DNA of 64,000 bases from Octopus sinensis (lineage: Eukaryota): contig NC_042998.1 in assembly GCF_006345805.1 (NCBI RefSeq), forward strand, positions 48,484,001-48,548,000, given 5' to 3'. A program made the translations under genes and the position numbers. Under the pieces are notes generated by a model, which worked only from the letters and a program-made list of their open reading frames with translations, was not told the DNA's origin and made no database searches. This document shows, one piece after another, positions 41,635 through 54,816 of this stretch (its first letter is position 1; each line of letters opens with the position of its first letter).

Positions 41635-41864
41635 ATCTGTAAATGTAATATGTGACAATTATCCGGTAGCCATGATAAAACTCCGAGCTTCGGATGCCGA
41701 GGTGAAAATCCACGCCGCCATCTCTTCAGTTATCCGGCCATTTTTTACCCAAGTTTTTCCGATGGCTGGATAACTGAAGAGATGGCGGCGTGGATTTCCA
41801 CCTCGGCATCCGAAACACGGAGTTTTATCTTGGCTACCGAGTAATTGTCACATATTACATTTAC

Positions 41865-41868
<4 letters not shown>
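41635..41868. mobile_element. Fold-back pseudo-LTR element (107-bp arms, 20-nt spacer) nested in a SINE-C microsatellite
   Basis: 41635-41741 and 41762-41868 are near-perfect reverse complements. The left extension 41570-41635 is also seen at about 22175-22260. Confidence 0.88.
41769..41829 (+). ncRNA. Type I hammerhead ribozyme with extended stem II
   Basis: gataa CTGAAGA gatggcggcgtggatttccacctcggcatcc GAAA cacggag TT ttatc. The mirror copy at 41674-41734(-) has GAAG instead of GAAA. Confidence 0.75.
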
Positions 41869-41920
<52 letters not shown>

Positions 41921-42847
41921 TACGCACAAATATATGCACGACTGTGTGTCTTTGTGTCAGTGTTTGTCCTTCCCCACGAGTACCGCTTGCCAACCGATGT
42001 TGGTTTGTTTGTCTGCGTGACCTAGCGGTTTGGATGAAGATTCCGATAGAATATGAGTGCCAAACATAAAAAAAATAATAAACGCTGAGGGCAATTTTTT
42101 TTACACTAAAAGCCCTTGAAGGCAGAGTCCCAGCATAGCCGCAGACCCATGACTGGAACAAGGAAAAGATAACAGATAACTGTTGTGCACCGTATCTGCT
42201 GGATGGTCAGAGTATATGAGTGTTTGTTCGCTACATTTATCAAGATTCAAACTAGGTAGAGTATTATTTGAAGAAGATTTGGTTGTTGATCATAGCATTT
42301 CGAGTGACTGGGCATAGGTTTCTTTGTTGACTCAAGTTTATGTAAGAATACAGAACACAAGTGTTGGTGAAATCACACGTTTAACGCTCTAGCAGTTAGA
42401 TAGTTGAAGATCTTAGTTTTGGTGTCATTTTGTTAACTTTAAGGAATCACTGCACTATACTATAAGCATTCATCAACCGTTAGATTTGCCTGTAGCCATT
42501 ATTGGATCGCCTGTTTTGCCAAGTTTTGCCAATGCGACTTATGTCAATGTACTTAATCTCATTATTTAAGACGATTCCAGAAGACAGAGCCAAAGCAAAA
42601 AAAAAAGAAGCAGAATAGATATATTTACGAAAGTACAACGGCACAAACGTACACGCACACACATACATTTACACAAACAGATACGCACATATATGTATAC
42701 ACACTCACACACACACCACACACACACATATATATATACATTAATATATATATGTATATATATATACATACATACATATATATATATACACACACATAGG
42801 AATGCATATACTTATATATATACAAACAGATATACATACAACCATAG

Positions 42848-42904
<57 letters not shown>

Positions 42905-44816
42905 ACACATACCCACTTAATAATCCTTGGATGCCGAATTGGCTTTTGTTTTGAATTTTTCATAAACGTTAATTTCCTTATTTCGAGTTTTTCTATTTCA
43001 ATTCCTCGCATGAATATCCTCAATAATCATTCTTGAGTAGTTCTGTTCTTTTCTCCGTTCATTTATAATGTCTTGTGTGTGAGCTTCTCGGAAACATTAA
43101 CTTTCTACCCGAAAATCGATAATCTCCGCTACTAGATTCTTTGAAAATGAAATATTCCCAACGGGTATAAAACTTGAAATAGCAACGCCATTTTAACAGT
43201 CTTTTAACACCGCATTTTGCAGTGACGGGAAGCTAAGCTATACTTCAAATTAGGCTCAAGCATGTTAAAAAGTTCCTCGTTTCCAAATCTCTTCGTATTA
43301 TTTTTTGTTTTATTTCTTGCAGTGGAAAAACGAGTTCAGTAAATACTTTAATTACTTCCATCTGGAAGATATTTCCTTCGGTTAAAAAAAATATTTCTGC
43401 AGTATTTCTGTTGGTAATATGGCAACCAATCTTAATACAGTTACAGTTACCTTTCCTACCCCTTCTTATTTTACCTACGGATAGTTATGCTACTACTCCC
43501 AGCGATATTCTAGTTATCAATTTTGGAACTGACGGAAGCGATAGAAAACCGCGTTATGATACTTTGCTGTTTCTAATCCGATCCCTTATTGTTCTGAACT
43601 TAAATCATCTTAGAGATAATTTTGCCTTTTCTTCTGCTATCATCAATAAGAGGTAGTTATATAATGAGATAGCGAAAACGATTATCAATACGCACTCTTT
43701 CGGCATAAAGGGCTTTGTATGTAAAAAGAAACAATAATTCGATATGTTGATTCTCTTTCCATTTTGATTGTAGTTTCCGGCGTTCTGGATGCCTTTTCTT
43801 CTTTAGAAAAGACAAGAAAGACGTAGCTTCCTATCTCTACTCCAAATCATTATTCGTATAAGTGAATTTTGGTAGGAATCGATTGAAATCATGTCGTGCT
43901 TTTTGAAAATTTCGGTTGAGACAATGTCAGAACGTTCTGTTTTGTCTTTTCTGTATGCTTAACGATTCAGACCTGTCAGAATCCATTATGAATGGGATCT
44001 TTGGTGAGTGCCGGTGGGGACAAGTGTAAAGTCTTGTAACCAGTACGCATATATCACAAATGACGTTCGTAAACCAATAGAAGACAACATCACACGAAAT
44101 ATGGATATATTTGAGATAAATATATATATACATAGACACACATATATATGTGTATGCATACATATAGATACATACATATATACATACATGTACATACATG
44201 TACGTATATCTATCTATCTATCTATATATATATTACACACACATATATAAATATATATACATGTGTGAGTCTGTGCGTGTGTGTGAGTGTGCGCACGTAT
44301 GTCAATAGTAGTGTACAGTAAGATCTTTGACGATAGAATCTGAGACGTATAGAGTTCCAATGGTAATCCGAGGGGTGGGGGAGCTGTGGTAAAGTGGTTC
44401 AGAAGAGATGGCCCGAGAAGATAGGAAAGGGGAGCAGCAGGAGGTTCGATCAAAACGTGTGTGTGTGTATGAGAGAGAGAGAGAGAGAGATGGAGGAAAG
44501 AAAAAAGAAAGAGAAAGTGTGTATGACAGTGTGTGTGTGCGTGTATGAGATTTGAACGAGTTCTCTGTCCTACCAGTTTACACAGTACAAATATAGTATT
44601 TTAACACTTTAAAAAGCGATGCATTCAGCTCATCGTTTTCGAACAAGATAACAGAAGTGATTATACTAGCGTAACTAAACTCCCAATATATTAAATCAAC
44701 CCACATTCAAATATGCACTCTTCCTGAAGTCAATTGCAACAATAATCTACCAAACATTGCATTCTGCTTCACTCAGATAGCTTTCACACATAGCAATACC
44801 ACAGCTCCTCAGATTT

Positions 44817-45236
44817 AAGGCGGCGAGCTGGCAGAAACGTTAGCACGCCGCGCGAAATGCTTGGCAGTATTTCGTCTGCCGCTATGTTCTGTGTTCAGAT
44901 TCCGTCGAGGTCGACTTTGCCTTTCATCCTTTCGGAGTCGATAAATTAAGAACCAGTTACGCACTGGGATCGATATAATCGACTTAATCTGTTTGTCTGT
45001 TCTTAATTTTCCTCTCTTTGTTTAGCCCCTTGTGGGTAGTAAAGAAATAGGTACTTCGTCTGCCGCTACGTTCTGTGCTCAGATTCCGCCGAGGTCGACT
45101 TTGCCTTTCATCTTTTCGGGGTCGATAAATTAAGTACCAGTTACGCACTGGGGTCGATATAATCGACTTAATCTATCTGTCTGTCCTTGTTTGTCTCCTC
45201 TGTGTTTAGCCCCTTGTGAGTAGTAAAGAAATATAA
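44817..45236 (+). mobile_element. SINE family A dimer with 12-bp TSD
   Basis: ctcctcagattt at 44805-44816 and 45237-45248. Confidence 0.88.
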
Positions 45237-45303
45237 CTCCTCAGATTTCATGCCAACTGTCATTGAAGATGGTGATATGCATGTATATAAATATGTATGT
45301 ATG

Positions 45304-46016
45304 TCATTATTCAGTTTTATTTCAAGATTTCTTGCCAACAGCAAAAGAGCCGGTTTCTAACCTGGATCCAAGGCTCCTTCATTGAAATTTCAACATCAAC
45401 AAGAGGACACTTTTGTATATATGTATGTATATGTGCAGATTTGTATGTTTTGTTTTATGCATATATTCTTATGCATATACTTGCATACCTAGACATGCTC
45501 ATATATGCTTAAATGATTAACTTCTGGAAAGTTTTACAGATTTTTACAGTTCCAGTGATGGACTGGATCTGTAGTCTTCGAATCAGCTTTCTCCTTTCTG
45601 ATTTTGAAAAGCTTATTTTATCAAGATTGGTATTTAGGCAGTGTGTTACATATCTTAGAGCCCCAATAATTACATGTATAAACCTAAACTTGTAATCTGG
45701 ATAGGGTAGGTGTAGATTCCTCAATAGTTCTGCGTAGGTGTTTTCTTTTTCGCTGATCTTTAGCTTTATGTTAACATCTACTGGGCAGCTGATTTACACA
45801 ACTGTACAGTTTCTCTTTTCTATCGCAAATTACTATGACAGTTCTATTGTGTTTTATATTTTATTGAAGCTTTCACTGGGACATTCACCAGTACTGCTTT
45901 TTATAATGAGTAGCTATGGCTTCTACCATGCTATAGGTTCTGAATTCTTTGTCCTCGAGGTTATCATTCTGACGGATCACATTATACAGTGTCCTAGCTA
46001 GAACGTCATGTCTCAT
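45304..46016 (-). mobile_element. RLE-type (R4/Dong-like) non-LTR retrotransposon, 5'-truncated, between (TACA)n tracts
   Basis: Minus strand MRHDVLARTLYN...PVDVNIKLKISEKENTYAELLRNLHLPYPDYKFRFIHVIIGALRYVT...IQSITGTVKICKTF gives the RHD, K..Y and IIGALG-like RLE C-terminus, then a 3' UTR ending in (TACA)n. Confidence 0.82.
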
Positions 46017-46144
46017 GTATGTATGTATGTATGTATGTATGTATGTATGTATGTATGTATGTATGTATGTATGCATGCATGTATGTATGTATGCATGTAT
46101 GTATGTATGTATATATGTATGTATGTATGTATGTGTGTATGTAT

Positions 46145-46385
46145 GTTTCTCTTCTTTTTCTAATCATTTAAATTTTTCCTCTAAAAAGGGGCTGGTTTCT
46201 TACAAACATACAAAGCTCTCTCATTGGAGTGTAGATAGCGAAAACAATGACACATTTTAAACCTAAGAAAACTCTTACATACTTTTACTGCTCCGCTTAC
46301 AGATTGTATTTGTAATGTAAGTGTCAGTTGGATGATTTCTTTTCCTCAAAATCCAAGGTTATCCAGACTGACAGTTAGGCATCTA
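46145..46385 (-). mobile_element. RLE-type (R4/Dong-like) 3' fragment, second subfamily
   Basis: DNLGF*GKEIIQLTLTLQIQSVSGAVKVCKSFLRFKM plus a 3' UTR ending in (TACA)n. Confidence 0.72.
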
Positions 46386-46430
46386 CTTACATGTATGCAT
46401 GTATGTTTGTATGAACGTCTGTATGTATGT

Positions 46431-46710
46431 TTTCTTCTAGTTTTGATTAATTAATTGAAGTTTTCCTGTAAGGGAGGAGCTGATTTCGAACTGAAATACA
46501 AAGCTCCACCGTTGGATTGTAGATGATAAAATCAAGTTCACATTTTTAACTTGAGAAAAGTATTGCATACTTTTACTGTTCCGCTTAAAGATTGCATTCG
46601 TAATGTGCGATGTTAGCTGGTTGATTTTTTTTTCTGAAAACCCCAACTTATCCAAATTGTCACTTGGACATTTACTCACAAAACTAAGTGCATCAATTAT
46701 TGGTATAAAT
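46431..46710 (-). mobile_element. RLE-type (R4/Dong-like) 3' fragment, third copy
   Basis: FIPIIDALSFVSKCPSDNLDKLGFSEKKINQLT followed by a frameshift; 3' UTR ends in (TACA)n. Confidence 0.72.
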
Positions 46711-46733
46711 GTATGCATATACAAAGATAATGT

Positions 46734-46780
<47 letters not shown>

Positions 46781-47026
46781 CAAGATTTCTTTGTTAATAG
46801 GGATCATACGAAGTAGACTTTTTCCATATTGTGTGCATGGGTGTGGGTGCGCGCGCGTTTGATTTTCCTATATACAAGATAGAATATGCGAAGAGGGAAA
46901 TTAACCGTTTTTAGGTTCCTTGTAACTTCTGGTTCAATGTTGCACGCTACTAATTCTAAAACGTCTACAGTGTACTTTGCATTGTTTTAGTTTCGATGAA
47001 ATATAAATCAATAATACACGGGAGTA

Positions 47027-47620
47027 AGGCGGCGAGCTGGCAGAAACGTTAGCATGCCGGGCGAAATGCTTAGCGGTATTTCGTCTGCCGCTACGTTCTG
47101 AGTTCAAATTCCGCCGAGGTCGACTTTGTCTTTCATCCTTTCGGAGTCGATTAAATAAGTACCAGTTACGCACTGGGGTCGATGTAATCGACTTAATACC
47201 TATGTCTGTCTTTGTTTGTCCCCTCTGTGTTTAGCCCCTTGTGGGTAATAAAGAAATAAGTATTTCGTCTGCCGCTACGTTCTGAGTTCAAATTCCGCCG
47301 AGGTCGACTTTGTCTTTCATCCTTTCGGAGTCGATTAAATAAGTACTAGTTACGCACTGGGGTCGATATAATCGATTTAATCCGTTTGTCTGTCCCTGTT
47401 TGTCCCCTCTGTGTGTAGCCCCTTATGGGCAGTAAAGAAATAGGCATTTAGTCCGTCTTTACGTTCTGAGTTCAAATTCCGCTGAGGTTGATTTGGTCTT
47501 TCATCCCTGTCAGGAACAATAAAATAAGTACTATAAGTACTAATTGAACACTGGGGTCGATGTAATCGACTTAGCCACTTCCCCAAAATTGCTGGCTCTG
47601 TGCTAAAATTTGAAACTAAT
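47027..47620 (+). mobile_element. SINE family A trimer
   Basis: Head plus three units, with a probable TSD aataat(a/g)cac. Confidence 0.85.
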
Positions 47621-47675
47621 AATGCACTGATGTAGACCAAATTGAACGTATTCTCTTCGTTTACAGAATAAGGCT

Positions 47676-48040
47676 CAGGGGTTCTCATCCAACTTTTTTA
47701 TTTATGGATCCCTTTGGTTACTGTTTTATTCTGGTGGACCCCTATAGAAATTCGATGTTTAATATCTAGTTACTATAGAAACTACTTTAAAAATTCCTGT
47801 TTTGTTTTTCACAGATTAACCTGTTTTGGTTCAACTGTGTAAAATGTTAGAGAAAGAAACCAAGTTGTTTCTTGCAATACATACCAATACACACATCTAG
47901 AGTAAAATCTTTTCAGGAGCCCTTAAAATATTAATGCGGAAACCCAATTTATCATTTTGCTGCGTGACCTCCCGCACGTCCCACAAAAAAATTTTATATG
48001 GAGCCTCAAGGGTCATATGGACCCCAGTCGAGAATCACTG
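47676..48040. mobile_element. hAT-type MITE (degenerate)
   Basis: caggggttctcatcc ... gtcgagaatcactg resembles CAGNGGTTCTCAAC TIRs. No 8-bp TSD is recognisable. Confidence 0.55.
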
Positions 48041-49546
48041 GCTTAAACCATGAAACCGTGCTTAGAAACTGAATCCTATTTTTTTTTTTTTCACATTGCA
48101 ACTCTAACTCTAAGGGAGCCACCCAACCTGTATTAAATGCTAAATTACCACGTCCCAGTTTTATAGAAAGATGCATCTCTATTCATCAAAAATGTTTGGA
48201 GTGGTGGGGCTATCTTTTAACTTCACATACACTTTGTTATACATCAATTACAATGTACCTCATGGTAAAAGTATTATAAGAGCCTAGTATGTTAGCCTTA
48301 AACAGTTTAACTGAAGAGTGATGAGTTTGCCGTTCCTATCTGTGTTGTTTTTTATCCTGCCGCATTTACCGTCGACAGAACAGATAAATATAAATGCAAT
48401 TACGTCCATTGCTTTATTGCGTTGGAAGGATTTCATCTTTGAGAAAGATAATGCTGATCTGCCTACGCGCAACGAGCTTAGTTTTCCTAACACAAAAATG
48501 CTGAGCACAAAATAAGCTATGGGAACCTTCCGAATTACAGCTTTCAATCAAATTCGAGGTGCGTGACTGTACTTAAAGATCAGTTTTTACCGATTTAGAA
48601 AAAGCCAAAAATATATATGAATTTAGTAAGAATCTAATAGCATTTATGAGTACTAGTAAAAAATATCTAGCTGCAGTAAAGGTAATTCCATTAATTCTGA
48701 GGCTAAGGAAATAAGCTACAGAGTTAGATACAAATGACTGGAGTTAATATTTAGTTTTACGCAAACTACAGTCAAAATCTTCTAAATTAATTAATCCAAC
48801 CAGTAGTATCTGAAAAATGATTAACCTAAGAATTAAACAAACAACAAATTTATCATTATGGTATAACAGTTCTTATTAATTGGTTCGACGGTAATATTAG
48901 AAATAAACGACTATATAACTTAATCCAATATGAGATTTTTGGAATTTTATCAATCGATAACCAAATCTCTGTTCCAAAGAGCATTAAATTTTAGTAAAAA
49001 ATTATATTTCAGTGAGTGGATCGGATATCAAAATAAGCATAAATGCAGATCATTGTTTTCATTCGATAATGTTTTATGGGAAAAAAGATAAATTGTTTAT
49101 GCTTTCGTGACACAGATATGTTCTAAAATTTCTGATGTTACAGATAGATAAACTATGGGAAGTTAACGTATATACCACAAATGAGATTACTCTAATACTT
49201 CAAGCAGTTAACTTGGAATTCCAATTTAGCCAGATTTGGAAGAGTCTACACACGTTTCAGTCTGTCTGAAGCTTTGGTGATAGTATGAACTAGAGTCTTG
49301 CTCTTCATTTGAGAACTATCCTAGTATTTCATTAATTCAGTTACCGATGTTTTAGAATTCCTATTCTTAAATCGGCTCGGTAAGTTTTGTGAATCGTTTA
49401 TCCGTGTTTATCAAACTGAGTTTAACCACAGAAGAAGCTAAATAGATCGTTTATAGATCACATGTCTAGTTTACGTCATATTGTGAAGTGTCTTCATATT
49501 CTTTGTCCTGTTAGCATTATTATCACTTTTCAGTTAGTTCATAGTT

Positions 49547-51558
49547 CATATAAGTTACAGAGATCATAACAATATCCTCTGAACGCGACAGCAATCTGTT
49601 GCACAGTTCAAGGCCAGCAATTCTGAGGGGAGAGAATAAGACGATTACAGAAAACACGGCCCTTGATTGGTATTTTATTTTTATGAGCCCTGAGGGATGA
49701 AAGACTTTTGTCTGGCATGCTAACGATTCTTTTCTACTCTAGGCACAAGGCCTGAAATTTTGGTGGGAGGGATCAGTCGATCAGATGGACCCCAGTATGC
49801 AACTGGTGCTTAAATTATCGACTCTGAAAGGATGAAAGGCAAAGTCGACCTTGGCTGAATTTGAACTCAGAATCTTGTAGTCAAATGGACGACTATTTAA
49901 TTATATTAATTTATTTCAAAATCTTTACAATGCACAAGGCTGACATCACTGAGAGGAGTCTGGTAAAAATTTCACTTTGTCACCACTGATAAACATTCAC
50001 GTTACGAAACACATCATAAGCTCTTGAATTACAAGACGATGTCAGTTAGACCTGAACTACTCAATTCCCTGTTTAATCTCAATTCTAAAACATGCTAATA
50101 TGTTGCAACCCTTTATGAAAACGCTAAATTTATTTAGGGCTTCATCGACACACTAACTCTTGAGGTTGGACACTTTGGTTTACATTTTGATCGTTTGAAG
50201 CGTTCAGTTCTGTTTATGAACATAGTCTCTGATCCACTTTTATTCCATAAAAATCTGTTTTTATATTTTAGTTCAGTGATATCCACTAACAGAAATACTT
50301 TTGAAGAAAGTAAATCAAGAAAATTATTGGTTAAAACTGCTTTTAACAAACTACTTTGTAAGTAATTCAATACTAACCTCCAGACTGACTGTGATTATAT
50401 TTTCCAGTTGTAAACTCAATATATTTTGTGCATCAGTAATCCAGTTGCTGTCTGAAAGTAAGAAATAGATGTTTTGACAGTTTCAGCCGAAAATATCTCC
50501 GTTCTGTTGTGAAACTTCAGTGACCTGTCTCAAACGCTGATTTGGTTGCCGAAACTAATCACCTGCTTCATATGAAAATTTGTCGATCTTCAACTGTTCA
50601 CCATCAACGCCGATTTAAATGGCATAACCATTTATTAAGAACAGAAAACGTTTACGTATCAGTTATGTCTTCGAAATCATATGCAGGGGAACCTAGGCAC
50701 AGGGCCGCATGGAAGACAGCTTGATCTATGATATGAAAAACATTGGGGACAGTAATGCCTTACTGAGAGATCTAAAAGAGCTAACCCTGACCCAAAGCAA
50801 CTTACATACAGAGTGATTGGCTCCAGTATCGAGAGTTAAATATTTTTGCCATGCACACAATGCCGTACCAGCATCCAGCTCGTCATTTTGTTTTATTCTT
50901 TGTTTAACAAAATAGAGGTAGATTTGGTGGCTTTTTCTAGAAGGCCGGAGAACCACGTCTTTTCAGTTGGTTGTCCGGTACCTTATTGATTTGGGATTCC
51001 ACGCGATCACATACTGTATACAGTGTGATATCAATATACATAGGCTTCCATAAAAGCTAATATAAAACCACAGGAACATACTTCTTTATAAGCAGTTGGA
51101 ACACATTAAATACTCATATGTAATAAACCAAACAAGATTTGTACGCACTACATGATGCAGATGATAAATATTTATGTTTACGATAAGCTTTAGCCAATGT
51201 ATCTCCCTTTTTATCTGTATACGCACAGTTGCACAACAATTCATGATGTACACTCAGGTTAATAAATTTACGATATTACGATTTATTCCTTTCATACATA
51301 AATGAAACATATCATACGATCCAGTATCAAGTGTTAGGTTATCCGTAACTTCCAACATCCATGAAAGAAATATTAACCTTATTGATTGCAGGAAGAGATA
51401 AATTGGAGTGTGTGACGTTTATAACTTCTAAGGGACATTGGAAATGCAAACGAATTGAAATAGCGAAGACGGAAAATCGAAATCGAGTCGCCAACATGTC
51501 TTTCCAGGAAGCTATTTCTAGTTTGTTCATACACACACACATATATGCATAGGTATGC

Positions 51559-51600
<42 letters not shown>

Positions 51601-51627
51601 TATATATATATAATATATAGATAGATA

Positions 51628-51662
<35 letters not shown>

Positions 51663-51737
51663 TATATTTATAGATAGATAGATATATATATAGATAGATG
51701 ATAGATAGATAGATAGATAGATATATAGATAGATTGG

Positions 51738-51805
<68 letters not shown>

Positions 51806-53017
51806 GGATAGATACACACACAAATATATGCATACTAGACATGTATGCACATACAAACGACAATACAACATATATATGTATGTATATACATATGTGTGTG
51901 TGTGTGTACATATATGCCCGCACACACTTTCGCACAAATTTGTGTACATTAGTTCATTATACATGTTAAAATGCACAAAATATATCTATATGAATGCATA
52001 CAATGCATTCAAACGCTGATGTATATTTGTATGCATGTGCGTGCTCGCTTCTGTGGGTATGTGTGGGCGTGTCAGTATGTACATATGTCTGTGCGTGTGT
52101 ATGTGCGAGTGTATGCGCCTGCGACTGTATGTGTGTGCGTGTGCGTGTGCGTGTGCGTGCATATGCGTATGTCTTTAGGCGTTAAACGTATATATTAATT
52201 TTCATCCGGTCGTGTTGATCATGTTGAGTCATGTTAAAGATAAATATATTAGAAATCGAAATATCGGAAGCTAATGTACAAGGCGAGAAACATCATAGCA
52301 AGACCTTTATGCTCGTATTGTTAAGATAATTTTACCATTCTCTATGTTATGTAATACGTTATTTTCTTATTGTATTCAAGTTGACGAATGAGTTAATCTT
52401 CTGATATCAGCTTTGTAACACCAGTAAAATCCAATGATGTTTGTCAAAATCAAACGGACGTTTTGTCAGAAGGCAAAAGCAACATGCAGAGCAGAAAAGT
52501 GTCAATTCATTATTACCCGTGATTAAATGTTCTGCTATCGTTTCATATTAAAAAAAAAAAAAATAAAATAAAATATAATCATATGAGAATCGATTGAATA
52601 CAATTATAAACTCGAACTGTTAATTTTTTGTTTTTTATTTTCTTTAACCCTAGGACTTATAAAGCTGGATTCATAAAGCGGTTTCCATGGCATATAAGCT
52701 ACAGAGATTATAACAATATCCTCTGAACACGACAGCAATCTGTTGCACAGTTCAAGGCCAGCAATTCTGAGGGGAGAGAATAAGACGATTGCAGAAAACA
52801 CGGCTCTTGATTGGTATTTTATTTTTATGAGCCCTGAGGGATGAAAGACTTTTGTCTGGCATGCTAACGATTCTTTTCTACTCTTGGCACAAGGCCCGAA
52901 ATTTTGGTGGGAGGGATCAGTCGATCAGATGGACCCCAGTATGCAACTGGTACTTAATTTATCGACTTTGAAAGGATGAAAGGCAAAGTCGACCTCGGCG
53001 GAATTTGAACTCAGAAT
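49547..53017. repeat. Direct duplication: 49547-49873 vs 52691-53017
   Basis: The same ~325-bp composite of two fused SINE fragments with identical junctions occurs 3.1 kb apart. Confidence 0.88.
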
Positions 53018-53653
53018 GTAAAGACAGACGAAATACCTATATCTTTACTACCCACAAGGGGCTAAACACAGAGGGAGCAAACAAGGACAGACAAACGGAT
53101 TAAGTCGATTATATCGATCCCCAGTGCGTAACTGGTACTTATTTAATCAACCCCGAAAGGATGAAATGCAAAGTCGACCTCGGCGGAATTTGAACTCAGA
53201 ACGTAGCGGCAGACGAAATACCGCTAAGCATTTCACCCGGCTTGCTAACGTTTCTACCAACTCACCGTCTTATTATTTATTATAACTGTCTATTAATTAT
53301 ATGACTTAGATGGTAAGCGTGTTTAGTTTTACTACGCATATTTTTAAAAACTTTTTTGCTACTTGGTTGACAAGTATATACATAGAGAGAGGGCGAGACA
53401 GAGAAAGAGACAGATTGACAGACAGCAGACAGACAGAAGCTGAGAGATTCATATGTGTGCATATTAATACAAATTCGTGTGAGCACACAGAAAAGACGGT
53501 TTTTATGCATTTCGTAACACGGAAACATTCTTCGCATTCCATCACAGAAAATATTAGATTTTCTTTAATGAAAAGAGGGACTGGGTCTAATGGTAACCAA
53601 GGTGCCTGGAGGACAAGACACAGCAAGGGTGATGAGAGCTACACATATATGTA

Positions 53654-53716
<63 letters not shown>

Positions 53717-54560
53717 CGGATCAAAACAGTTTGATTCGAACTCCTTGGTACTCTGAGTTTCAAGCGTGATGCTAATCTTGTCCAAAACCCACTCTACTCC
53801 CCAAGCAGACTTGATGGCGTTGTATGATCATGCCGACAGCATGACCATACAACTGGTTGTACTGAGTTATATTTTAACAGTAGCACTCAGGAGGGACATA
53901 TCTTACACGAATGCAAGGAATGAAATTCATGGCTGATATATAAAAACAACTCCGATTTAAAGTTAAGTATTAACGAAAGAGGCAGTACTAATACCGAGAA
54001 ATAATATTTATTCCCTCTTAAATGGATGCTCTGTTAGATCAAACTATACTGCAATGTATACATCTCTTATGGTAGTTTCCATCAGACAACCTCACATATT
54101 GTCTTTTGGTGCAAAATGGGCTTTTGCCTATATCGCTAGCAATAGCTTGTTCTAAGAGAACATCCACGTTTAAGTGGGTATAAATATTATCCCCACATAT
54201 TACCCCTCGATTTTAAATTAGTCTCCTGGAAAGGGCGTACATACATGTGCCTTATATGGCTTTTTAAAATTGTATGGTGTGGCTTATCTAGAAGTAGTCA
54301 ACCCTGATACATATAGATGATATACTGTGATTGTGAGTATAAGTGTGAGCGTACAATGGGTGCGTACGTCTGTACAAATAGAAATATGCACATGCGCTCA
54401 CATGTATACACATATATGTATGTGTACACCACACACACACACACATATATATATATAAAGTTAATCCAAACATGAAAACACAAAGAGAAAACACAACAAC
54501 GCGAGGACGTGGAACAAATATAATATTATTGGACGCTCAGGAAGGAAGGGAAGAAGGAGG

Positions 54561-54595
54561 GTTTAACGTTTCGAGCGGAGCTCTTCGTCGGAAAC
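54561..54595 (-). ncRNA. Minimal type I hammerhead ribozyme, U4C core variant (family Y module 54465-54680)
   Basis: gttt CCGACGA a GAGC-tcc-GCTC GAAA CG TT aaac. Confidence 0.78.
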
Positions 54596-54816
54596 ATAGG
54601 AGAAGGAAAGATCCCGAGAAGGGAAGACAGAGGAAAAAAATCGCCAGCGGTACTCACGAGGTCACATATTGAAAGACCGGAAGTAGAAATGTGGGAGAAT
54701 AATGTTTTTTAAAGACAGGAGAGTTTTCAAAGACAGTAGGTAGTATGTCAAAGACAGGGAAAGTGAGAGGGAAAATGGGTGTGGATGTGCGCGTGCGCGG
54801 TGGTCTATACATACAT

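Noticed and set aside
48284-48547. Overlapping short ORFs on both strands, one with a signal-peptide-like start
   Set aside because: Short, with no recognisable homology or splice context; compatible with chance.
50726-50956. LTLDTGANHSV resembling a retropepsin D(T/S)GA motif
   Set aside because: An isolated motif with no flanking protease, RT or LTR signatures recognised.
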